Below are positions 40,711 through 48,058 of a stretch of DNA of 64,000 bases, in pieces. A program made the position numbers and the translations under genes. Below the pieces are notes generated by a model. That model saw nothing but the letters and a program-made list of their open reading frames with translations, ran no database searches and was not told the DNA's origin. Source of the DNA: Candidatus Thorarchaeota archaeon (GTDB lineage Archaea; Asgardarchaeota; Thorarchaeia; Thorarchaeales; Thorarchaeaceae); the NCBI GenBank assembly GCA_046758445.1, contig JBHIAE010000014.1, positions 1 to 64,000 of the forward strand, read 5' to 3'. How positions within the stretch are numbered: position 1 is the first letter of the stretch; each line of letters starts with the position of its first letter.

Positions 40711-41484
40711 CTATATTCCTAATAACCAGCAAGTATCCGAGTATTTGGTATCAACTAGTAGCTGTGCAAGTTCGTTCTCACTCTCACTGATTGATCCCAA
40801 ACCCCAGCAGTTTTGTCCCAGCAATTTCGTGATTGATCCGACTAATCGTTTCACAATCTCCTGGGAGTGAAGCTCTTTTCCAAGCAGGAGTGATATGTTT
40901 GCTACAGGATCCGGGATACTTGGAACAGTCCCAAGACTATGTGCAAGCTCTGAATTTGGGTTTAGAACCCTGTGCATCATATCCAGGTCAGAGTCAATCA
41001 GTAGCGTACCATGGTGGAGAATGCCTTCATAAAGATAGTACTGAGCAGACCCCGAAACCTTCCAATCCTCAATGAAGACACTGGAGGGGGGCACAAACCT
41101 TGGTTTACAGCCTAATTGCGATAATAGATCGATAATGGCTGAACACAGGAAACGAGTGATATCGGGAATTGAATTCACTCCGATGATAGTTCTGGTATCT
41201 GCATTAATAGAGTAGTTGTAGTTTCCAAGGTCCATATACACAGTCCCTCCACCACTGCAACGTCTGATGATAGGGATGCCAAGTTCATTGCACAATTCTG
41301 TGTTTACTTCTGCTCTCACATCTTGACTACGGCCCATTATAACTGATTTAGAGTTTTGCCAAATACGAATGGTGTTTGGTGAACCGTGATCGATAACGCC
41401 TCTCAGTATTGCCTCATCGAGAGCGATGTTCCACTCTGGGTCAGTTTCCTTTGAGATCACAATACGCCACTTCGAGTCCATCAT
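40711..41484 (-). CDS. lplA: Lipoate-protein ligase A family catalytic domain
   Basis: N.ALDEA, RRCSGGGTVY.D, KVSGSAQ, HHGTLL. Confidence 0.85.
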   Translation of the reverse strand: MMDSKWRIVISKETDPEWNIALDEAILRGVIDHGSPNTIRIWQNSKSVIMGRSQDVRAEVNTELCNELGIPIIRRCSGGGTVYMDLGNYNYSINADTRTIIGVNSIPDITRFLCSAIIDLLSQLGCKPRFVPPSSVFIEDWKVSGSAQYYLYEGILHHGTLLIDSDLDMMHRVLNPNSELAHSLGTVPSIPDPVANISLLLGKELHSQEIVKRLVGSITKLLGQNCWGLGSISESENELAQLLVDTKYSDTCWLLGI

Positions 41485-41768
41485 TTCGAGATGCCACCAA
41501 ATGCCGCATCATATGCCTCCTCAACAATTCTACAGAGGTCATCATAAATGGGAACTATCCGTTCATGTGTTATTCTCCCTTCAACTACTATCGCTGGCAC
41601 AATGTTCTTCTTGGAGGCTTGGACTACTCCACCACTAGGACGTAGACCAGGAGGACCTCCCACTCTTTCTGTCCGAGTGTTACATCAGTTTTGCAACAGA
41701 GCCCTATTTACCTACCAATACCTAGTGTCGAATACGACGCCAGAATCAGCAAGGAGAAACCTTGCTTC

Positions 41769-42317
41769 CTATGTTCTCTTTGCTAGGACGCTCTCCAAAC
41801 AGTATACAGTCAGTCTTGGCTCATCACAAAGACGACCAAGTTCGCAGTCAGTGCATAGCCCCTCAAGGTTGTCCTTGCTCAAGTCCAAGTTTCCTTTCTC
41901 CTCGTGTAGTCGATGAAGAATCTTCAGATACTTCCCTTCTGCTATACGAGGGACCTCATTCCGTCTTTCAAGCTTGAACCATTCATACAGACCCCTGTTA
42001 CCTTTTGAACTGTTACAGCTTCTGCAGGCCATGACTATATTATCGGAAATGTCAGGCCCGCCTCTACTCACCGGTATCAGATGGTCATACGAAAGGTCCT
42101 CAGTTGATTCACAGTAGATACACTGGTTGGGCATCTCTCGTTCGCGAATGTACTCTTGAATGGAACCAGACCACTCAATCTCCCCAGCCTGAAGCTTCTT
42201 GAAGCGGTTCATTATGAAGGCAAACTGTTTCTTCCCGAATCCCGCCGAGGATGAGATGATCTTGGAGTACTGCCAGTAGATCAAGTTTCGTATCGTCTTG
42301 ACTGCTGCAGGCGGCAT
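41769..42317 (-). CDS. HNH endonuclease
   Basis: CIYC...DHLIPVSRGG....NIVMACRSCNSSKG. Confidence 0.9.
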   Translation of the reverse strand: MPPAAVKTIRNLIYWQYSKIISSSAGFGKKQFAFIMNRFKKLQAGEIEWSGSIQEYIREREMPNQCIYCESTEDLSYDHLIPVSRGGPDISDNIVMACRSCNSSKGNRGLYEWFKLERRNEVPRIAEGKYLKILHRLHEEKGNLDLSKDNLEGLCTDCELGRLCDEPRLTVYCLESVLAKRT

Positions 42318-42424
42318 CGCAGACTATCTCCCTTCTTTGGGGTTCTTGACTCTGGAATCTTATCAAGATTGGGGAGTTGCAGACCTTTGAGCTTATCACT
42401 AATCAACTGACAAAGTGAGAATGC

Positions 42425-42527
42425 AAAATGACAGGGCGCTCAACAGTATGCGTCAGGGCAAGTGCCAACCTGGCGTTGGGCAACCTGACCGATTGAATCG
42501 CATTCCCTGGTGTTAGCCTTCACCTCT
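42425..42527 (+). repeat. Long-form repeat, 5' part (copy 4)
   Basis: aaaatgacagggcgctcaacagt...cagggcaagtgccaacctggcgttgggcaacctgaccgattg. Confidence 0.88.
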
Positions 42528-42755
42528 TATTATCAGCATCTCGAAAGATGGCTCATTCTAATTCAGAGATGACTCTTGAATACAAGGCAAATACCTGATG
42601 AAATATCAGGTATCCAGCAGCTACTGAAATCTTGGAAAAGGTTAGACAAGATTTTCATATTCAGGGTAAGAATGTGATATTTCATCCATGAATCGCATAT
42701 TTCATCCATATCTTTATATCATATTGACTATACATAATGTAAGGTGCTCATCTTG

Positions 42756-42995
42756 ATGGTACGAGTTCGAATGGATGGCCAACGGCGCATCAGAATTCCA
42801 AGGAAGGCTGGAGTGGAAGGAAACACATTCTTTCTCCTCGCTCTTGGATCATATCACATCCTCTTTCCTGTGCCGTCTGAAAAGCCAGAACTGGATATTG
42901 AGGGGCCCATTGCAGAGCTTCTTGCTCAAGCAGAGGTGGAGATTATTAGAGATGTGTCTGAGAGATGGAAGAGGAAAGACCAAGATGCTGATTGA
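42756..42995 (+). CDS. AbrB/SpoVT-like antitoxin (TA pair 1)
   Basis: VRMDGQRRIRIP; overlaps the downstream PIN gene. Confidence 0.75.
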   Translation: MVRVRMDGQRRIRIPRKAGVEGNTFFLLALGSYHILFPVPSEKPELDIEGPIAELLAQAEVEIIRDVSERWKRKDQDAD

Positions 42996-43401
42996 GAATG
43001 ACATGGTTCTGGCATTCTATAAGAAAGATGACCACCTACAACCCCATGCGAATCGTCTGTTCTCAAGGATTGAGCAGGGCGATTTCGGTACGGTCGTCAT
43101 TCCCAGTGTCTTCTCGATTGAGCTCTACTACGTTTTAAGATCCCTCACTGGTGTGACTCCAGTTCGAGATGTCATAAGCCATCTCATTACATTCCCCAAT
43201 CTCTCAGTAGTACCCTCCACCATTGATCATCAGTTGGCAGCGTTGTTCCTTCTGGACAACTACAAATTAGGATCTATCTTTGATGCAGTCTATGCCGCAG
43301 TTTCACTCAGTGATGACAATCCGGACCACACAATCATCTCTACAGACCATATCTATGATAGAATTGAAGGCTTGACAAGACTCGACCCTACCAGAATCTA
43401 G
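42985..43401 (+). CDS. vapC: PIN-domain VapC-type toxin (TA pair 1)
   Basis: MLIENDMV..D.L, IELYY, IFDAVYAA, ISTDHIYDRI. Confidence 0.85.
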   Translation: MLIENDMVLAFYKKDDHLQPHANRLFSRIEQGDFGTVVIPSVFSIELYYVLRSLTGVTPVRDVISHLITFPNLSVVPSTIDHQLAALFLLDNYKLGSIFDAVYAAVSLSDDNPDHTIISTDHIYDRIEGLTRLDPTRI

Positions 43402-43445
43402 TATATTGCATACAGAACGGGCTGGTCACGAGAAAGGACAGATGC

Positions 43446-43669
43446 AAAAGAGAGAGGGTGCTCAACAGTGCGAGCCCGGGCAAGTGCCAACTTGGCGTTG
43501 GGCAACCTGACGATTGCACCGCATTCCCCGTCAAAGGCCCGTACCTCTATTGCAGTCCCAAAAGGACTGCAACCAAGCTGCTTCTACCCCTAAGGATAGA
43601 AAACTTAGGAGGTGATTGATGGAAGACGAGAGTGACTCTCACCCTCTTCCATCCGCAGCTTCTGCTGCG
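43446..43669 (+). repeat. Full-length structured repeat (copy 5)
   Basis: Closely similar to 47838-48058 and 45974-46197; multiple hairpins. Confidence 0.92.
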
Positions 43670-43702
43670 TTTTTTGATTGATATTCGTGTCTATTGTCCG
43701 CC

Positions 43703-44107
43703 TTAATAATCAATCACGATTAGCTCTGCCACAGAATCGAAGTGGGAATCACGAGTTACCAGAGGGAAGTTGTGATGTTTTGCTGTTGCAGCGATAATCA
43801 CATCTGCATACGGAATTATCTTTCCTTGTCGATAAAGATCACCATCAATACGTGCAGCCTCCCGTGCAATCTCGGAGGTATAATCGAGTTGATCGAAATG
43901 TGCAAGATCAATCAGAGCTTTACTCAGCTTTGACTTCAGTGTCTTTTTCTCCAAATGATAATAGAATATTCCCCGAAGATACTCATGAACAGTGACCACA
44001 GAGATTGCCTTGATATCAGAGCCGCTATCGACCTGTTTGGCCTTGGCTACCGCGCCAGGGTCCCCATTTGTAAGGTCAACGAGATACCCAGTGTCAAAGA
44101 GCGGCAT
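43703..44107 (-). CDS. vapC: VapC PIN-domain toxin (TA pair 2)
   Basis: LFDTGYLVD, VTVHEY, DVIIAATA, LVTRD.HF. Confidence 0.92.
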   Translation of the reverse strand: MPLFDTGYLVDLTNGDPGAVAKAKQVDSGSDIKAISVVTVHEYLRGIFYYHLEKKTLKSKLSKALIDLAHFDQLDYTSEIAREAARIDGDLYRQGKIIPYADVIIAATAKHHNFPLVTRDSHFDSVAELIVIDY

Positions 44108-44111
44108 GTTT

Positions 44112-44357
44112 TCACCCCTCATTTTGCTGAGAAACCAGAGATAGAGCTCTCTCCTTGTCACGTGCAGCCTGTTCCTTTTTCAGCTCCTTTAGTTTCATCC
44201 ATTCTTCAGAGCTCATGGTTGCAGTCCCTGCAAGATCAGATATCACACCTCTAGTCTTGATGAGCCTTCGTAGGAGCTCACTGAAGCTCTCACCCCTTCT
44301 CTTTAGACGTTTGAGTTCATTATAGACGTCATCTGCTACTGCTATGTTCTTGGCCAT
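44112..44357 (-). CDS. vapB: Archaeal VapB-type antitoxin (DUF217-like) (TA pair 2)
   Basis: KNIAVADDVYNELKRLKRRGESFSELLRRL. Confidence 0.88.
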   Translation of the reverse strand: MAKNIAVADDVYNELKRLKRRGESFSELLRRLIKTRGVISDLAGTATMSSEEWMKLKELKKEQAARDKERALSLVSQQNEG

Positions 44358-44368
44358 CTGAATCAGCC

Positions 44369-44386
44369 ATACATATGCATATGAAT
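44369..44386. promoter_or_regulatory. Palindromic operator candidate of the vapBC promoter
   Basis: atacatatgcatatgaat (perfect core CATATGCATATG) between the start codon and a TTTATATA box on the minus strand. Confidence 0.55.
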
Positions 44387-44443
44387 ATATAAACTCCATC
44401 ATGAATATGATTCGCTGTAATCAGACGAATAGCCCAATGGAGG

Positions 44444-44508
44444 ATGAGAGGGTGCTCAACAGTGACAGAAGGGCAGATCCCCAATCTCTCTATCACCGCC
44501 GCCTCTAC
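44444..44508 (+). repeat. Short-form (type B) repeat (copy 6)
   Basis: 44449-44508 is identical over 60 bp to 50661-50720. Confidence 0.92.
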
Positions 44509-44537
44509 TTCTCTCTACCCTGGGAAACCAAGAGAAT

Positions 44538-44819
44538 CTAGCCCAGCCAATCATATCCCTTGCTTCGATGGATAATCTCTGTGACTCTAACTTCTTTGTC
44601 AACTACGAAATAGATTGCCCTATAGTCACCAATTCTCATGCGAAACAGAGGAGGTTCCGACGGATATCTAAGCTTCTTGATGTCAGCACCGGATCGACTT
44701 CGAAATGGGTCTTGCTCTAAGCTCAAAAGGGCCTCCTTGACTCGCTTCTTCTGAGCCGGTTTCAAGAGTTCCAGTTGGGAAACTGCAGTTTCTGATAGCA
44801 GGACCCTATGTTTCGTCAA
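44538..44819 (-). CDS. relE: RelE/ParE-family toxin (TA pair 3)
   Basis: DIKKL...FRMRIGDYRAIY...I.HRSKGY. Confidence 0.9.
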   Translation of the reverse strand: MTKHRVLLSETAVSQLELLKPAQKKRVKEALLSLEQDPFRSRSGADIKKLRYPSEPPLFRMRIGDYRAIYFVVDKEVRVTEIIHRSKGYDWLG

Positions 44820-45003
44820 GAGAGATGAACTCCTCTTCAGCTAGGATACGCTTCTGCCTCTCTCCGAACTCCACCTCTTCTGCAATAGTGAGAAGGCGCC
44901 TGACTAGTTCATCATAGGTTTCCCCCTTTCTCCCGAAACGTTTCAAGAGATCTCTCGTTTCTTTAGAAAGTGGAATTGTCGTTGTTTCGCCCATATCTAT
45001 CAT
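44806..45003 (-). CDS. RHH-type antitoxin (TA pair 3)
   Basis: TTIPLSKETRDLLK..G.KGETYDELVRRL...FISLDE; overlaps relE. Confidence 0.85.
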   Translation of the reverse strand: MIDMGETTTIPLSKETRDLLKRFGRKGETYDELVRRLLTIAEEVEFGERQKRILAEEEFISLDET

Positions 45004-45082
45004 ATCTTATAATGTTGATAGTTACTTATAACTTTCACGGTAATGAGAACCAAGAGCCTTTGGTCGTTGCCTGAACATGCGG

Positions 45083-45167
45083 AATGAAAGGGTGCTCAAC
45101 AGTGCCAGCCAGGGCAAGTGCCAACCTGGCGTTGGGCAACCTGACGATTGACCGCGTTCCCCGTCAA
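45083..45167 (+). repeat. Long-form repeat, 5' part (copy 7)
   Basis: aatgaaagggtgctcaacagtgccagccagggcaagtgccaacctggcgttgggcaacctgacgattg...ccccgtcaa. Confidence 0.9.
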
Positions 45168-45174
45168 CAGAATA

Positions 45175-45591
45175 TCATACTAAGGTCACGAGTCCACCAA
45201 AATCTGAATCGAAGGTTGCTAAGTATGTCACATTATTGCCATCGATGTAAGCAAGGATACAACAGTCAGTAAATCTTAGGGGTCTCTCAGGCCATTTCGC
45301 AAATTGCCTCCATTTATCCCATGCAAGATCTAGAGTTCTAGGTGTTATGTATTCAAACCTTATGAATTCGGGAGTATTGCGAATCAGATCATACGCCTTA
45401 CGCACTATGTTCTTCTTTTTCGTGTGCATCCACAAGGTTGTTAGTACTTCATCCAAGACATAGTCAACTGTCAGTCTCATTCCATATTTCGGGTCCTTGA
45501 GCTCAGTGAGAAGTTCTTTCGCTTTGGAATGGTTATTGTCGCGAGTGTTCAGCAACGCAATGATGACATTACTGTCGATAAGCACCGTCAT
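45175..45591 (-). CDS. vapC: VapC PIN-domain toxin (TA pair 4)
   Basis: VLIDSNVIIA...D..H, VLDEV, FTDC, ATFDSDF. Confidence 0.92.
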   Translation of the reverse strand: MTVLIDSNVIIALLNTRDNNHSKAKELLTELKDPKYGMRLTVDYVLDEVLTTLWMHTKKKNIVRKAYDLIRNTPEFIRFEYITPRTLDLAWDKWRQFAKWPERPLRFTDCCILAYIDGNNVTYLATFDSDFGGLVTLV

Positions 45592-45881
45592 GCAGAGTCC
45601 CCGCCGTATACAACCTCATCCACTTTAGACGAGAGGTCCTCACTTCCCTGTCCCAAGTCCTCAGCTAGGGAGAGGATCTTCTTTATAGTGTCATCGTCGA
45701 GAGGGAGCTCCTTTAATCGCACCTCCTTCACTATGAGGTCATAGTTCTCAAGTCCAATCCTGAACACAATCTCCAGTATCTCCTTCTTAGTCAGACGTTT
45801 TCGTGTGTCTAGATACAGACGCGCCTGCAACTCCTCAAGGTCATCCTTAAGGTCAAACTTGACGGTGGACACTGGTAACAC
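45588..45881 (-). CDS. Putative antitoxin (TA pair 4)
   Basis: STVK...LEELQARL...DLSSKVDEVVYG; ATGA overlap with vapC. Confidence 0.8.
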   Translation of the reverse strand: MLPVSTVKFDLKDDLEELQARLYLDTRKRLTKKEILEIVFRIGLENYDLIVKEVRLKELPLDDDTIKKILSLAEDLGQGSEDLSSKVDEVVYGGDSA

Positions 45882-45973
45882 CCAGTAACTCAGTAACCAT
45901 CAACTCATATAAACTTGTAGAATATTCATGGCTCATCTAAATCTCAGATCTGGTGCTGGCTCTGAGTATGAAG

Positions 45974-46197
45974 AATGAGAAGGGTGCTCAGCAGCGTGGG
46001 TCAGAGCAAGGCCAACTTGGCGTTGGGCAACCTGACGGCTGCACAGCGTTCCCCGCCGTCGAAGGCCCGTACCTCCCTTGTATCCCCGAGCGGACGCAAA
46101 GCAAGCTGCTTCTACCTCTAAGAGATAGATATCCTAGGAAGTGATTGATGGAAGACGAGATGACTCTCATCCTCTTCCATCCGCAGCTTCCGCTGTG
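45974..46197 (+). repeat. Full-length structured repeat (copy 8)
   Basis: Same block order as copy 5, with compensatory stem changes. Confidence 0.92.
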
Positions 46198-46291
46198 GTG
46201 ATCAATCAGAGTATTCAGCATACCTTCAATGATTTTATATATGATTCAGGTCCATATTATCTTGTCAGGTATATTACGTTTTATCAGGTGA

Positions 46292-46552
46292 ATGCCAATG
46301 AGTCTGATTATAGAGGGACAAATCGGAAAGAAGCACACGATATACCTTCCAAAGGCTGTTGTTGATGAGGCAAGTCTCGAGGAGGGAATGAGGATCCAAA
46401 TCACTGTAGAGGGTAATAGAATCATCATTGAGCCTATTCCAGACCCTATCGCTCTTGCAATACACGGAAAGAAGTTTGCAGAAATGACACTAGAAGATAT
46501 CGAGGTCATCAGTAGTGAAGAACAGGCAAGGCACACAGAAGATTCTTCTTGA
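46292..46552 (+). CDS. AbrB/MazE/SpoVT-family antitoxin (TA pair 5)
   Basis: IGKKHTIYLPKAV....LEEG..I...VEGNRIIIEP. Confidence 0.88.
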   Translation: MPMSLIIEGQIGKKHTIYLPKAVVDEASLEEGMRIQITVEGNRIIIEPIPDPIALAIHGKKFAEMTLEDIEVISSEEQARHTEDSS

Positions 46553-46967
46553 TACTTCATTTCTTCTACCTACCCTCGGAATAGAGGTAGAAAGGGAGGT
46601 AGTACAGACAATCTCAAGGATTGATCAAGAACAGACTCAGCTGTTCTACTCAGAGTGGAGTTTCCTTGAGAGCAGTTGGGTGGCAATACGACTGCTAAGA
46701 CAGAAGAAGTTTGAAGAGCCAGTCTATCGAAGAGGACTTCTGAGTATAACCAAGACCCATGTCTACGACACTATCACGATGGACCCACACGATTACCTGA
46801 CTGCACTTACGTTTTTCCAGAAAGGGCACTCAGATATGATTGACAATCTATTGTATGCAGCCGCTCTCAGGGAGGGGTGCAAATTCCTCACCATTGATGA
46901 GGAGTTCTCACGCTTCATTTCCAAGAACGATCTTGAGAATGCTATTTTGACTCCCAAGGACATCTAA
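46515..46967 (+). CDS. vapC: VapC PIN-domain toxin (TA pair 5)
   Basis: ILLDTSFLLP, SFLES, HSDMIDNLLYAAA, FLTID. Confidence 0.9.
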   Translation: MKNRQGTQKILLDTSFLLPTLGIEVEREVVQTISRIDQEQTQLFYSEWSFLESSWVAIRLLRQKKFEEPVYRRGLLSITKTHVYDTITMDPHDYLTALTFFQKGHSDMIDNLLYAAALREGCKFLTIDEEFSRFISKNDLENAILTPKDI

Positions 46968-47012
46968 ACAACTGAAGTATATTCTCACACCTGGGAAGAC
47001 TGGTATTCATTA

Positions 47013-47164
47013 AAAATGAAAGGGTGCCCAACAATGTGAGCAGGGCAAGTGCCAACTTGGCGTTGGGCAATCCGACCGATTGCACCGCGCTCCCCATCCT
47101 AAGCCTGCACCTCTCTCTGCCCGAAGGCAGAGCAAGCTGTCTTCATCACTTGAGATGGTGGAAA
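47013..47164 (+). repeat. Long-form repeat, 3'-truncated and diverged (copy 9)
   Basis: aaatgaaagggtgcccaacaatgtgagcagggcaagtgccaacttggcgttgggcaa...ctctgcc-cgaa-ggcagag-caagctg. Confidence 0.88.
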
Positions 47165-47194
47165 GTATGATAGTCTGAATCGGTTTTCGAGCTT

Positions 47195-47470
47195 TCACAA
47201 AAGACTCAAGAATTCCTCTTTGGATAGTCCACTCTGCTTGATGATAGAGAGGAGAGTTCCTCTTGGAATTGGATTTCTATGGGGAATGATTACAAGATGA
47301 GGTCGACCATTTGCATCGTAGATGACAAGAGCCGTGTGACTTCCTTTCCCTTTCACGGGAGCATACTGGAAACCAGCCTTGAGTAGCTTCCGAGTGAGTT
47401 TCTTACTACCAATCAGAGGTAGTCGGTCCACAATGCTCGACCTCTCGACAAGACTAGAGAGTCTAGACAT
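47195..47470 (-). CDS. hicA: HicA toxin (TA pair 6)
   Basis: L.KAGF....KGSH...VIIPH..IPRGTL.SIIKQSG. Confidence 0.9.
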   Translation of the reverse strand: MSRLSSLVERSSIVDRLPLIGSKKLTRKLLKAGFQYAPVKGKGSHTALVIYDANGRPHLVIIPHRNPIPRGTLLSIIKQSGLSKEEFLSLL

Positions 47471-47699
47471 TGATCTCGATTGTGCGGGTAGATTTCTCAG
47501 GGGTGGTTATGATAGGGAGATAATCGTCAATAATCCCAAGTTCACGTGCATTAACAAGCCATAGTTCTATCGCCTCTGTGAGGTTAGAGAGAGCCTCTTC
47601 AAAGGTGTCACCTGCTGAAGCCACATCAATCTCAGGGCTTTTTGAAACATATGTTCCATCTTCTTCCCAAATTACGGCAGTGAATCTTACTTTCATCAT
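47463..47699 (-). CDS. hicB: HicB antitoxin (TA pair 6)
   Basis: EEDGTYVS..PE....GDTFEEAL.NL.EAIELWL. Confidence 0.9.
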   Translation of the reverse strand: MMKVRFTAVIWEEDGTYVSKSPEIDVASAGDTFEEALSNLTEAIELWLVNARELGIIDDYLPIITTPEKSTRTIEINV

Positions 47700-47837
47700 T
47701 GACTACAACCATCCAGAGTTCTTGAATTAAACTATTTCATTGATGAGATCATAACGCTAAACTCTCAAGTATTAACCATGAGGACCCAATATTAACCAAT
47801 ATGGTAGGCAGATCCACTCATTCATGGATTGTTCTGC

Positions 47838-48058
47838 AAAATGAGAGGGTGCTCAACAATGTGAGCAGGGCAAGTGCCAACTTGGCGTTGGGCAACCTGA
47901 CCGATTGCACCGCATTCCCCGTCAAAGGCCTGTACCTCTATTGCAGTCCCGAAGAACTGCGATACAAGCTGCTTCTACCCCTAAGGATAGAAAACTTAGG
48001 AGGTGATTGATGGAAGACGAGGAAACCTCATCCTCTTCCATCCGCAGCTTCCACTACG
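47838..48058 (+). repeat. Full-length structured repeat (copy 10), overlapping the copA 3' end
   Basis: Closely similar to copy 5; its last about 30 nt encode the end of CopA on the minus strand. Confidence 0.92.

Noticed and set aside
43460-43503. Calling the repeat a canonical attC site
   Set aside because: RYYYAAC and GTTRRRY boxes are present but span only about 43-44 nt. I cannot find properly paired L boxes, conservation extends well beyond the boxes, and type B copies lack the second box. Kept as attC-like only.
43507-43540. Hammerhead ribozyme core CTGACGA in the repeat
   Set aside because: Other copies read CTGACCGA, CTGACGG or CCGACCGA, and no stem II-GAAA follows.
43468-43669. 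Group II intron remnant (GTGCG after AACA)
   Set aside because: GTGCG is present in one copy only; no domain V/VI and no reverse transcriptase.
45990-46105. c-di-GMP-I riboswitch-like words (AGGGCAA, GGACGCAAAGC)
   Set aside because: The second word appears in only one copy, inside a variable hairpin, and the spacing does not fit the aptamer.
45084-48010. Short ORFs in the repeats (45084-45272, 45953-46144, 46141-46365, 47801-48010; also 37442-37627)
   Set aside because: Frames differ between copies and the variation follows base pairing rather than codons.
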